Assembly (NCBI GenBank): GCA_020137815.1
Contig: CM035361.1
Coordinates: forward strand, 5,952,001-6,016,000
Origin: Hormiphora californensis
Lineage: Eukaryota; Animalia; Ctenophora
Reading direction: 5' to 3'
Length of the DNA: 64,000 bases
A program made the translations under genes and the position numbers. Shown here in pieces: positions 28,901 through 40,042 of the stretch. Under the pieces are notes generated by a model that saw nothing but the letters and a program-made list of their open reading frames with translations, had not been told where the DNA came from and made no database searches. Every line of letters starts with the position of its first letter. Position 1 is the stretch's first letter.

Positions 28901-31900
28901 CCTGCACCAGCTACAATTATGTTGCTACTGGTAGTGTCACGTGTGGGATCTGCACCTTTATCCCAGGACCAAGTGTCAGTATTGCTCTCAAAATCAGTGA
29001 TCGCAAGGGTCACCTTTTTAGATGACCACCCAGTAGGGGTGGTAAGAGCACACGTGAGTTCCTCATTACCCGTGGATGTGCCTTCAAAAACAGCACCGGT
29101 GACTGCAAGTTCTGAAAACAAAAACAAATGGTAAAACTCTGAAAAGGTACATGCAATGGCAGTGCTAAATTTACCTATTCTTTTACACTGTGGTTCATCA
29201 CTTAACCAAGATTCATCATCGCCACAAGTTAATGTTGCAATCCCCACAAGGATATGGTTGACAGCACATATGATGGTGGCAGTTGTCCCTGTTGGTGAGG
29301 CAGCCCAGTTTCCTTGTGTTGATCCCTCAACAGTAAAGGCGGGACACTCTGGTGCTGAATGGAAATAGTAAATGACGTGTGAGTTGATTACAATTTACAG
29401 GTGATATGTAATGGAAAGCTTGAGTAGACGCGGTGTAGTTCATGGTAGTTGAACCTGCTTGCGTGATATAAATAAAATTATACCCAAATGCTGTGCAGCA
29501 GCACTATGTTTGGTATTCATTAAGTTGATTCCCTTACCTGCTCTGTAGAAGTCAGATGCAGGATCAGGATCAGGATCAGGATCAGGATCAGGATCAGGAT
29601 CAGGATCAACCACAGGATCAGGATCAACCACAGGATCAGGATCAACCACTGGATCAGGATCAACCACAGGATCAGGGTCAACCACAGGATCAGGATCAAC
29701 CACTGGATCAGGATCAACTACAGGATCAGGATCAACCACAGGATCAGGGTCAACCACAGGATCAGATGCTGTGTCATAAGTGCTAAACTTGATCTGCCCC
29801 ACAACATCACCACCCCACTTTGGAACACAGTAGCTATTTGAACTATCTTTGAACAGGTAGTTCAGCACTTCCACATTATTACATGTGATGATGAGGGCGG
29901 TCTCTGTTTTGGTGATGGTCCAGATCTTATCCACCTCCGCCGGGGGTTCCACTGGCAGATCTGTGGAGCTGGCGCAGGAGCCTATATAATACTGCATTGG
30001 GGAGAAGAACTTCACAACCACATAATTGATATAACTGCTGTCCTTGCCGTACATCTTCACCGTGATCCACTCACTACTACCCAGTGTAGAGTCCGTTTTT
30101 ATCTGGAGAGGTGTTGCCTCCAGGTCCCAGGGTATCTTCACATCCCGCTCTACAGCTGTCCAGTCTGAAATAAAATAAATATAGTAACCACTAAAGATAT
30201 AACACACTACAAAGCATCAAATACTAGTGTATATATTTTTTGTGGTATGATGTATGACCAACCTGCAGTGAGAACAACTGTTCCACACAATGCAGCTGTG
30301 AAGAGAAGGAGGCGTAGGGTAGACCGGGGTAATTTGGACGGTTTTAGCATTCAATTGGTATTTCAAGAGCCATTAATTTACTTAATCAATTAGTTAGCTA
30401 CTCAATTTGTGCAACTGAACCTTTATCTTGAGCCTCAGAACAAATTTGAATCGAAAACATAACTTTTAATTAGCTAATTAACCTTGTTAATGAAGGTAAG
30501 TCGGAATATTTTTGATCGCGAGACACGGGGCAATTTGGACTAGTGGCTTCTACACCAATCACAATGCGCGCATTCAATCACGTGACCGCGACACACCACA
30601 TTGCCCCAGCTGTAAATCTGCGATGTAAATCAGACCGAGGTTGGGGCTATTTGGACAAACTTAGATTGTAGCCACAGTTTTTGAGATATCGATTTCAAAC
30701 TTTTCAGTCATCTAGTAATTTAGTATCCCGTGCTATTCCTTTTTTCAAAATTAGTTAATTAAGTAGTGATTAGCCTAATTAACCCTTTGGAGACGATTGG
30801 GTCACAGGTGACCCAATACTTTGAACCCATTTAGCGTCTTTCTAGACCATGTTTGAAAGTTTTAAATTGTTTCCAGGGTTGAAACATACATTTTTATACC
30901 ATTTTGAGGTTGTTTTGAGCCTCTGAAGTCGTCGACTTCGGAAAACAGGGCTAAAACAGTGCATTTGGTAGGCAAAATGGGTAGTTTAATGGCCATATCT
31001 CAAAATTGGTACGAGTATGCTTAAAATGGACTTGGAAAATGCAAGAAAAGGGTATGTCTTACTCCGGGGTAAAGTTTCAGGGTGATATTGCAAATTTTGT
31101 GCCTCTCAGAGGCCTTCAAAGTGCTGGGTCACCTGTGACCCAATCGTCTCCTAACGCTAAAACAGAAATTTGCATTTTACGAGCATTTCTAAAGGAATGG
31201 CCGCCGATAAAAGTCCAAAACGGCATTTTTTAAACAGGTGCTAGCGACTAACCGACTCCATCATTGTTATCTCAACATCCAAGGGAGTCGATAAATTTTT
31301 TTTTGAGATCCGTGCTCCTTCAGAAAATTTTTCATCTCGGCCAATTTTGAAATTCTAAAATCGGCTACAGATGAGATAGAGAGGTCCATAGGGTGTGCAA
31401 AATGTGCAAAACGGCCGGGTTTATATAAGTGTTATGAAGAAACATAGGGCCTAAAATGAGCGGTTTTCGAGTTATGGGGCAAAATAGCTGCGAAATCTCA
31501 ATTCCTGTTTTAGCGTTAGGGGACGATTGGGTCACAGGTGACCCAATAGAAATACAGGTGGTAGAACCAAAATTCCTTTTCCTACGTTTAAGTAGGTTCA
31601 AAGTAAGTGTCTCCAGAAAGTTTTAGAGAATTCTGTCGACAGGGGGCTTATCGTCCCCAAAGGGTTAACCAAAAAATTAAGTGTTCATCAGATCTATATC
31701 TATAGGGTGCATTTTCGAAAGCTCAGGATTAGCCTAGTTGACTAGAAAAAAATTTAATCTTATCCCAAATAAGGTTTTTGAGAAAATCGACATCAAAGAT
31801 CAAAAAGCCACAAATAAAGCTACGGTTTTCAAAGAAATGATGTTTGTGTTTTCAGGTGCTTAAAAGGCCAGAAATTACTATTATGGGGATCCAGTCTAAT

Positions 31901-33970
31901 AAATCATGACAGTGGCCGATTCCCACTCAATGTATTAAGTTGGATTGTCGAATGCCACACCATGGATTGACTTGTTACCATGGCAACCAGAGAATTGGTT
32001 GTAAAATGCGCTTTTTTCCCTATTTTTTGGTCTATTTACTCAGTTTTAGCCATCTATATTGATTGAATAGGATAATTATGAAAGCAGGTTGTCTATGGTT
32101 ACCATAGAAACGAGTATAATGGCGCCATGAGGCCAATTTGTCTTAACCAATTTGCCCCATGGGGCAATTTGGTCTAGTCCAAAATCCAAATTGCCCCATG
32201 GGGTAATCTGGATTATGACCGAATTGCCCCCGATTTTTTCCCTGCCCGGGTGATTGCCGAAGGCAATCACCCGGGATGATGTTTTTAGCACGCACGTGCT
32301 AAAAAGATCATTCAGGGTTTAGAAATCAGCAGATTGTGTAGTTAACTAAAATGTCCGTCCGTCCGTCCACCGTTACACATAGCAACAAAGTCTGCTCCTT
32401 CATAAATCTTTCAACTCACACTTTGTTGATGCAACAAAGGAAATGATTAACACACATTGTGGCGCGCAATTACTCACTCGTATCACTTCCTACTTTCACA
32501 TGAAATCACTTTGGGTACCCTACAGCCGTACCATGACGTGGTAGCAAGTCTTCCAAGCATGAAACTACTATCACACAATAATTGCAAGTGACTGGTGTTA
32601 AGATGACTGAGGCATGAGGGTAAAGGTGAAGCGCTTGGTCACCAACTAGGGTCTCCTGAGCAACTGTCTTGGTTATCATAGCAACTGCCTTGGTTACCAT
32701 AGCAACCACCCTGGTTACCATAGCAACTAACATCGTATCAGCCAAAAATTGCTCTTAGAGTGCAAAATTCATCGGAAAATCTGAATTTGAAGCTTGGTAA
32801 TCAATTTTACACTCATCTGGGGCAGGGAAACACCGCATTATGAATACATAATGCAATAATTCTTGTTTCGTCCGAATTGCCCCAAATTGTCCGAATTGCC
32901 CCGCTTCATTAAAATGCCAATTAGCTAATTAAATCGAAAGCTAATGTCATTTTGATGATGAAACTGGATAGAAAAGTATCATATTGTGAAATTCTGACCC
33001 TTAATTTGAATAATTATCATAATTAAGTTTACCGAAATAAAGTTTAACTTTAAAGTCGTCATTTTTCGTTATTTCACACTAAACACCACAATTTAAAAGT
33101 CCCATATAAATCACTAGTCCACATTGCCCCGTCCTGTGACCACATTGCCCCACCGTCCAAATTACCCCGGCCTACCCTATCATGTTAACACACATATCAC
33201 TTTATAGTAATTAAGGGTGTTAAGTAAACTGTGTGCGTTGATATTGCAATTTACAGGTGTTATGTAATGGAAAGCTTGTGTAGATGCGGTGTAGTTCATG
33301 GTAGTTGAACCTGCTTGCGTGATATAAATAAAATTATGCCCAAGTGCTGTGCAGCAGCACTATGTTTGGTATTCATCAAGTTGATTCCCTTACCTGCTCT
33401 GTAGAAGTCAGATGCTGTGTCACTAGTGTAAAACTTGATCTCCTCCAAAACATCACCACCCCACTTTGTAACACAGTTGTTTTCTGAACTATCTGCAAAC
33501 AGGTAGTTCAGCACCTCTACATTGTTACATGTGATGATGAGGGCGGTATCTGTTTTAGTGATCGTCCAGATCTTATCCACCACCACCGGGGGTTGTACTG
33601 GCAGGTCTGTGTAGCTGCTGGTGCAGTAGCCTATCCAATACTGCATTGGGGAGAAGAACCACACATCCACAACATCGATATAGCTGCTGTCCTTGTCGTA
33701 CATGAACACCATGATATCCTCACCACTACCCAGTGTAGAGTCCGTTTTTATCTTGAGTGATGTTGCCTCCAGGTCCCAGGGTATCTTCACACCCTTCTCT
33801 ACAGCTGCCCAGTCTGAAAGACAATAAATATAGTAACCACTAAAGATATAACACACTACAAAGCATCAAATACTAGTGTATATATTTTTGTGTGATATGA
33901 TATATGACCAACCTGCAGTGAGAACAACTGTTCCACACAATGCAGCTGTGAAGAGAAGGAGGCGTATCAT
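16978..33970 (-). CDS. Gene B: secreted modular protein; exons 33913-33970 (signal), 33394-33813 and 29538-30164 (two copies of a ~140-aa lineage-specific domain, the second with a DPVVDP repeat), 29175-29354 (sushi), 28746-29111 (Ig-like), 28475-28650, 27916-28030, 27585-27692 (Cys-rich), 16978-16994 (DIESD*)
   Basis: All junctions GT-AG and phase-compatible; MIRLLLFTAALCGTVVLTA signal; sushi CPAF...C...W..EPQC; Ig-like LTC...W...SYKC; last exons paralogous to gene A and to 51056-52854. Confidence 0.75.
17467..18102 (-). repeat. 3' LTR copy (lacks the first 37 bp and last 3 bp of the complete LTR)
   Basis: Matches 26551-27186; includes an 88-bp tandem duplication and minus-strand TATAAAA with TCAG about 25 bp downstream. 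Confidence 0.85.
20616..21302 (-). CDS. Intronless 228-aa ORF of unknown function inside the LTR element
   Basis: Long open ORF in AT-rich DNA with protein-like composition; no family recognised. Confidence 0.5.
   Translation of the reverse strand: MVNIGVIEGRELEPWSCPDPLGEAGDIRISDKTYTDNGVELTATIRGENVEIHINWSSNEEQFRKSIYFKDLVFVQSRQPVITSRYPVWAYKATHDLNDHIFTFTYIISWWVNLTKQIAKLYWHEAIAFTKRIEVRDIGVNNNKMLKFRGFWCFGKIDPKDTMSDFTLNIITVTNMNSLLHYLTVKHMNDTPQDIVQSFNKRLREMKIMKIIDLLNFAKILEMAHKKL
21424..21924 (-). CDS. Intronless 166-aa CxxC + coiled-coil ORF with HCxCxxC motif and basic tail inside the LTR element
   Basis: VCHQC followed by heptad-like LTEQYKYMTDQYKILSQSYKEL; IHCNCRTC; Arg-rich C terminus. Confidence 0.55.
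   Translation of the reverse strand: MDYKRQPDSRGKEKRRSSGDDLKRMEYELYQSKMEYNQYQVENLRVTRNFVPSTSKVCHQCENLIEQVDHLTEQYKYMTDQYKILSQSYKELSAEQQTMEEKMERLQLMDANVVNTPAKSPKSTERPEEPDKKFFRRIHCNCRTCKPYSRRHSRRREQKGRSRNRR
22361..22924 (+). CDS. Intronless F-box protein with C-terminal Cys cluster (CxxC-x5-C-x4-CxxC), antisense within the LTR element
   Basis: MNSLPLEIIEMILLFLDWGSLSVVSQVNHRLREFI fits the F-box consensus LP.EI...IL.FL....L....QV..R.R; TATA-like CATATAAG ~60 bp upstream. Confidence 0.75.
   Translation: MNSLPLEIIEMILLFLDWGSLSVVSQVNHRLREFILGDRTCLAKRCGLRISRTAWLLLKGVSTIDDFRSLEALLQDDAAADTMDGGPLRSVMSSYMDAKGNCLKAFFVLAELGVRLDIDAWVEFQWAIAGNRFEDESHLLANCIWKIAHIEKWDCQECGQFKDCVGMICRDCQRERTTALTSYRSYA
23110..24483. 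mobile_element. Kolobok-like non-autonomous element nested in the LTR element
   Basis: TTAA|AGGGATACTGACATGTTCAAA ... TTTGAACATGTCAGTATCCCT|TTAA; long imperfect subterminal IRs; three internal ~150-bp tandem units (TGATTCAACGTATCAAAATTAGT). Confidence 0.8.
25030..25343 (+). pseudogene. Frameshifted, inverted paralog of the 166-aa CxxC/coiled-coil ORF
   Basis: VRACGGC...RYRHLTRHYEC / REYGYLSNKYQFLSQEFEYL...DVNNTSSP aligns with VCHQC...VDHLTEQYKYMTDQYKILSQSYKEL...NVVNTPAKSP. Confidence 0.45.
26530..26547 (-). promoter_or_regulatory. Primer-binding-site-like sequence
   Basis: TGGTGGCTTCGGTGTTGG immediately after the LTR terminal CA; begins with TGG, complementary to tRNA CCA. Confidence 0.55.
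26548..27223 (-). repeat. Complete 5' LTR (676 bp)
   Basis: TGTTG...CAACA terminal inverted pentamers; TATA/Inr-like core on the minus strand. Confidence 0.8.
27324..27543. mobile_element. MITE family CTCAGGTTCAGGTCAC (other copies ~39388-39590, ~52043-52253, ~57763-57880 partial)
   Basis: GGGGAAA...TCTCAGGTTCAGGTCAC / GTGACCTGAA...CTGAGATT...TTCCCC inverted ends. Confidence 0.65.
28213..28420. mobile_element. TA-flanked MITE in a gene B intron
   Basis: TATAGGAATCCCTAAAAAAGTTCAGTATTTACAC ... GTGTAAATACTGAACTTTTTTAGGGATCCCTATA. Confidence 0.75.
29559..29768 (-). repeat. Coding tandem repeat (DPVVDP)n-(DP)n
   Basis: 18-bp and 6-bp units, in frame, bounded by duplicated GCATCTGA (ASD...ASD). 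Confidence 0.9.
30783..31664. mobile_element. piggyBac-like non-autonomous element (nested)
   Basis: TTAA|CCCTTTGGAGACGAT ... ATCGTCCCCAAAGGG|TTAA. Confidence 0.85.
32234..32867 (+). mobile_element. HINE/DINE-1-like Helentron-associated element carrying an X-box trimer
   Basis: 5' subTIR + hairpin CCCGGGTGATTGCCGAAGGCAATCACCCGGG, (GTCC)n microsatellite, 3' subTIR GGGCAGGGAAA, stem-loop GCATTATG...CATAATGC, end TTCTTGTT. Confidence 0.7.
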
Positions 33971-34589
33971 GTTAACACACATATCACTTAGTAATTAAGG
34001 GTGTTAAGTAAACTGTAACTTTTACTGTGTTAAATATCTGCTAAAATGTTACAACTATAGTGTAATATTTATAAAATGTGAGACCTACGTATTTCCGGCC
34101 ACAAAACTTATTTGTGAATGATCATCCTCAAATAAACTTTCTATCTATCTATCTACAGAGTGCCTGGGGTTGCCAACGGCAAGCCCACAGGGGACTATCG
34201 CAGTATCGCAAAGTGATATCGCCGGCACGTTAGGAGAATAGCCCCCCTCCCCCCACCATCAGGAACTACTGGACAGGCAGGTTCGCATTATAGGTGGCGT
34301 CGGGTTCGGGAGATTCAACTCCTTCGAAAGTCGCAGGATACAGAAATAAACTTTGTGGCAGGAAATGTAGGTCTCACAATTTATAAAAACTATATCGGGC
34401 GGCTGAAAATGCATGAAATTGTTTTGTTTAAAAGAGGGTGATCTAGCTAGGCATACATAAAAAGGAACAAGAAACATATATTCATTTTTCATAGCTACTA
34501 AAAATTAATATTATATTATTATGACAAAACTATACTATAAAAACAATGCAAATGTTGTTCAGTAAAGCTCCGTAAAGCTCCTATTATAT

Positions 34590-37500
34590 GTTGTCCTGGC
34601 TAACTCTAGAGAGATCCAGCCGTCCCGGAGTGGTGATCCGGACGGGGTAACCGCAACCAAAGAAAAACAATATGAACAAAGTTATACACAGAACACGCAT
34701 AGGCACTTTCAACTGCAGAACACTCCGAACAGCTGACAAAGTCAGCGAGCTGGCTTATCAATTCTCTAAACATGGTATTGGTCTTTTGGGTATTCAGGAG
34801 CACCGAATTGTCCATCCAGAGACTGTTAAGAGAACCCAGGCTGGGCCAGACTCAATCCTATTAACATCGACAGCCTGGCGGAATAGTATGGGAGCGTCTG
34901 TAGGAGGGGTTGGAATCTTAATGGGGACCAATGCATCGAAGCTCATTGTTGAGACAAGAGTGGTTTCTAATCGGATCCTGGCCATTACCTTCGCCGGCAA
35001 TCCCAAGCTGACGCTTGTTTCCGTTTACTCCCCGACAGAGGGTGCCGATTTTGATGAAGTTGAACAGTTCCATAACGAGCTAAGAGAATACCTACACGAA
35101 GTACCTGCTCACAATCTCCTGATCGTTTGCGGTGACTTCAACGCTCGCCTTGGTTGGGAAGGAACTGCCTCTGGATGGTACTATCACCGTACCACCAGCC
35201 GTAACGGTGTCCTTCTGAAGGAAACTATGGAGGAAACCAACTTGGAGGCCTCTAACATTAGATTCCGGAAGAAGAAGCTGAAGAGTCGTTTATGGACATT
35301 CCTGTCGGACGGGACACAGCGGAAAGCTACCCTTGACTATATACTTATCAGGAGAAAGTGGAGGAACAGTATTAAGGACACCACGACGTCCGAGGCGCTA
35401 AGCTCCCTTGGATCAGATCACCGGTTGCTGATTGCCAAGGTCAAACTCACTCTACGAAAGAGGAAGACCTTGCCAGGAAGAACGAATCTTGATTTTGGCC
35501 CCCTCAGAACCGACCCGGATCTGAGGGATCGTTTTACTGTTGAGGTTCAAAACCGATTTTCCTGCCTAACATCTGATGCTGAAGATGAACCAACTACTAA
35601 CTATGGTCACTTCATTAAAGCAATACAGGAAACGAGTAAAGCTCTCCTTGGGAAGAAGCGGAAACGTCTGAAGGACGTTGTGGCAGAGGACTATAGAGTC
35701 AAGCGAGTGAGAACAGAGTTGGAGAGTGCCACTGTGCCAGTAAGGAGTACCACGATGCACCAGACGAGGAGACGAGGACTAGAGTAAATAGGGCGAAGGA
35801 AGAGTTATCGGGGGCCTATGGACAAGTTGAGTCGGAGATTATTGAGGGTAAGATTAGGAGGGTAGAGGATGCTGCTAGGAATGCTAAGTCACGAGAAGTT
35901 TGGAGGATAGTTAACGAGGTCTCTGGTAGAAATCTGAGGACAGCTAGTCAGTTGGAGGGGGGCTCGCCGGAAGAGAGGAATGATATATGGTTGAATCACT
36001 TCCGAACCCTACTAGGGTCTGCACCATCAGGGTCATCAGACACGGAAGACGAACAGCTCTTCCCCCCGGCGGATATCTTCACTGGCAGCTTCACTCTTGA
36101 GGAATATCAGAGGGCCAAGAAGAGGATTAAGGAGGGGAAGGCTTATGGGGATGACAGCATCTCTCCTGAGGTTCTAAAGAGGTGTGATCTGGATGAGATA
36201 GTGCTGGGTTTTTGTAACGGTGCATTAGAAGGTAAGGGTATCCCAGAACAATGGACAGTCAGTAACATCATCCCTGTCCCGAAGAAAGGTGATCTTTCCA
36301 AGCCTGGGAACTACCGTGGTATTGCACTGACTTCAATCGTCGCAAAGACATTGAACAGGATGCTACTACATCGCATCCGGCCCTATGTCGAGACAAAACT
36401 TCTCGACTCCCAAAACGGATTCCGGGAGGGGCGCTCAACCACCAGTCACATCCTGACGCTGAGGAGGATACTAGGAGGTGCGAGGAGGAAACAGCTTCCG
36501 GTAGCCATGGCTTTCATCGACTTCGTTAAAGCATTTGATAGTATCAACCGATCAAGCCTGATGAAGATCCTGAGAGCATATGGTATACCGGATGCTATCG
36601 TAGACCTTATCCAATGGCTTTACACTAACACTAAAGCACAGGTCTTAACAGCTGACGGCCTCACTGCTATCTTTGAGATCGTGGCTGGTGTCTTACAAGG
36701 CGACACTTTAGCCCCATATCTCTTTATCATAGTACTGGATTACTGTCTACGGATAGCACTCAGCAGACACCCGGAGATCGGTTTTACTCTGAGACCTGCT
36801 AGGAGTAGAAGAGTTGGGGCATCTAGAATTACAGACACTGGCTTTGCGGACGATGTGGCCCTGCTGGCAAACTCGGTTGAGGAGTTAGGAGTTGTATTAC
36901 GTGAGGTTGAGACGGTGTGTAAGGAGGTTGGTCTGGCTATTAACCAGAACAAAAACGGAGCTCATAGTGGAGAACATCCCTGATCCAGAGCCGCTCCTTA
37001 CCTGTGACGGACACACGATCAAAAGAGCAGATGACTTCAAATATCTTGGATCGTGGATCAGAGATTCCAATAAGGACATCAAGAACCGGAAGAGCAAAGC
37101 ATGGGTTGCCTGCCACGGATTGAAGAAAGTCTGGAACTCAGATCTGAACGACGAACTAAAGTGCAGGTTATTTGTTGCTACTGTCGAAACCGTCCTCCTC
37201 TATGGCTGTGAAACATGGTCCCTCACCAAGCAAATGGAGAAGAGCCTTAATGGAACCTACACTAGGATGCTGAGAATGGCGCTCAACAAGAACCAGTGGC
37301 AACTCCGTATGACCAATGGAACGTTGTATGGTATTGGAGGGTTACCAATTCTCAGCACTAAAATAGCAGAACGCAGACTACGTCTAGCCGGTCATGCCCA
37401 ACGCCATCCTGAGCTGACCCTCCACAAAGTCCTTCTTTGGGAACCGCTCCATGGTCAAGCCAAACGTGGCAGGCCTACGAAAACCTTTGTGGACGTTTTA

Positions 37501-37624
37501 CGGCAAGATACGGGTCTGGGTGACGTGAAGGAGATAGCCTCAGTGATGGAAGAACGTGATGCGTGGAGAAAACTTGTTCAAGGCGTTCGGGAATTCCACC
37601 CGCCTTAAGTCAAGTAAGTCAAGT
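34590..37624 (+). mobile_element. RTE-clade non-LTR retrotransposon (APE endonuclease + reverse transcriptase) with two frameshifts
   Basis: IGTFNCRTL, GIQE, YSP, GDFNA, LDYIL, SDH endonuclease motifs; NYRGI, QNGFR, FIDFVKAFDS, GVLQGDTLAPYLF, FADD, FKYLGS RT motifs; tandem (TAAGTCAAG) 3' tail; TTATAT at both ends; absent from the paralogous site at ~12295. Confidence 0.95.
34672..37608 (+). pseudogene. RTE single ORF split into 34672-35787, ~35735-36983 and ~36950-37608
   Basis: Frameshifts at an 8-bp insertion (35725-35740 footprint) and at an A-run near 36952. Confidence 0.9.
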
Positions 37625-39027
37625 TATATAGGGGGTTTCCATACAACAATCAGACACTAAAATATTATAGAAGTAGACAATTCAGGAAGGAACCGCCGAA
37701 TAGAGACAATATATAAAACTGCGACGAACCAACTTGTTAAGTAATAAATTTGCGAATCGGGAAAATAAGATCGAGCTGCAAAACAAATAACTGAGTCTAC
37801 TGTGATGGACGATGGAGAGCAGTAACAGGCGTAAGCTCTCGAACACGGTGCTTTGTTAGCCAGGGGAGGATCGGCGTAATGGGCCGCGCCCTGTCCAACT
37901 GTGCCCGAGAGAAGGTGGGACACCATGTTACTAGAGAAAATGGGGGGAAGCAGTAACGGGTGGACAGGGCGCGGGGGGGATAATGGTGATAAAAAATAGG
38001 GCACACAATAAATGCCATAGAAACACTACCTTCTGCAATCTTGAGTACTATATGCCTCCCTCCCTATACAGTCCCGAGAAAGCGAACAGAACGAGAAGAG
38101 AAAGAAAGAGAAAGAGAATCCCTCTCCCTCACTCTCACTCATATCCCTCCCGCTGCCATCCCTCGCCAGATCCATTCACCTCCTCGCCATAACTATCACT
38201 ATACATCAAGCTCCCTCTCCCTCACTCTACTCTCCCTCCATAGATCTCTACCTCGATCTCTCCTCTGAGTAGCGAAAGAGAAGAAAGAGAACGGACAGAG
38301 AAAGGAACGAGGAAAGATCCGCTCCCTCCATCGCACCGCCAGAGAAAGCAAGAGGAACGAAAGAGCCCTCCCTCTCCAAACGAATGCTTTCCCTATGCCC
38401 TATAGAACATGGGGAAAGCATTCACTGTTGGACATGGCGCGGCTGAGAGGGAGAAAGAATGCGAGAGAGGGAGCGAGCGAGAGAGCGCGAGAGCGAGCGC
38501 GCGAGCGCGCGGCGAGAGAGAGAGAGAGAGAGAAGAGAGCGAGCGAGAGAGCGAGCGAGTGCGAGAGAGATGAGCGAGAGAGAGAGAGCGAGCAGCGAGC
38601 AGTAGAGCGATCTGCGCGCGAGAGCGAGAAGAAAGAGAGCTCGCGCTATAGAGAGCGATATATAGAGAGAGCTATATCGCGCGCTAGGAGAGGAGGAGCG
38701 AGAGCGGCGCGTCTCGGCTATCTGCTCTCGATATATCTCTCTCGCGGATCGCTTTTCTCTTCGCTATCGTCAGCTCTCTCTCTATATCTGAGCTCGGTAT
38801 CTAGCGAGCTGCTCTCTCTCTAATGTCTAAATAAATCGTGTGTGACATTCCTTGATGCCCAACTAAAAGTTTGGTGAAAAGATGACGTCAAATGTTGTGT
38901 TTGAAATTTCAGAGTTAAACTAGGAACGCGCATGCACGTGCAAGCTTCAAACACAAGTTAGAAGCATGCAGGACCTTCACCAACTTGTTTCTTTTGATCC
39001 AAGGAACACTTTAATAACTGTGTTCAG

Positions 39028-39123
39028 GTGGCGGACAGCTATATTGACATAGTGAAAAGCTGGAAGGTAGACCGACTAAAGACTTGCCCTGAAACGACGG
39101 CACCCACCACAACCAAACAGGAG
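39028..39123 (+). pseudogene. Orphan copy of VWD-gene exon 8, followed by intron and 3'UTR fragments up to ~39725
   Basis: VADSYIDIVKSWKVDRLKTCPETTAPTTTKQE with AG/GT; 39230-39283 matches 105-156; 39595-39722 matches the 3'UTR at ~1925-2066. Confidence 0.8.
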
Positions 39124-40042
39124 GTACTGTTACAATCTACATGATGGGGCTCAAGGGAGGAGTAGGGGTAAGGGGTACTGCCAAATTATATGTCGACATA
39201 GGATCCTGTCTCAATCACGATAATAGAAACCTGGAGTATGTGAAAAATAATAAAAAACTTGCCTTGCTCGACCTTGTTTTACCAACCAATTTTTGTGGCA
39301 ATGTTCCTATAGAAACCATAAGTATATTTTAGTAATGAAAAGTATTTCCTTTCAGATGAAAATGAGGGGAATTAGGGGACCTCGGGACAGTCTTGCCTGA
39401 ATATCAGGTTCAGGTCAAAGCTATTTAACCCTGAGACCTGAGGTATCAGGGTTCACTGACGGCTAGGCTATTCCCTGAGATTTCAGGGAAATTTTCAGTG
39501 AATAGCCAAAAATAGCCCTGATGATCTGAGGTCTCAGTGGTAAATAGCCGTGACCTGAACCTGAGATTCAGGCACGACTTTTTCCCCCTTACAGATATGT
39601 CCTATAGTTTGTGTAAATTTGTTTCCTTATTTTGTAAGTTGTGTATATTTTTAAGTTGTTGAACAATTTTCTAAACAGCGTACTGTATTTGGTTTTTGGG
39701 AAATGAATGGTATACCTCTACAATGCAATTACAGTCGGACCCCGATTCAACGGCACCCTCTACTCGGGGGAAAGGGTTTTGTCCGTTAAATCGGGGTGTC
39801 CGTTAAATCGGGGTGGAGCATGTTTGGCCCATAAAACCCTATTTTTTGCTATACTAAAACACCTCTAAGTGATAAATGAAATGCAATGTCCATGTCGTCA
39901 CCTTTAAGTAGATAAGGGTATATCTCTAAAAACATAGTTTTGAGAAAACCGAACCGAGACGTGATACCATGCCGAATTCGAATTTCAAAATATCTTTTCT
40001 CTGAAAATTCATGGGGAGCACCGATCAAAGCATTGACGATCA

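Larger units (their letters stand above)
30317..33177. mobile_element. TA-flanked TIR element inserted in codon 2 of a duplicated signal-peptide exon; carries nested piggyBac-like and HINE-like elements
   Basis: TA|GGGTAGACCGGGGTAATTTGGACGG ... CCGTCCAAATTACCCCGGCCTACCC|TA; flanks rejoin to ATGATACGCCTCC as in the intact copy at 33970. Confidence 0.85.

Noticed and set aside
34590-34671. HDV-like ribozyme in the RTE 5'UTR
   Set aside because: Only a simple hairpin (CCGTCCCGGA/TCCGGACGG) is visible; I could not build the nested double pseudoknot
37900-38823. Arg/Glu-rich ORF and apparently unique sequence
   Set aside because: Garbled version of 12580-12700 followed by degenerate GA repeats; looks like low-accuracy read consensus
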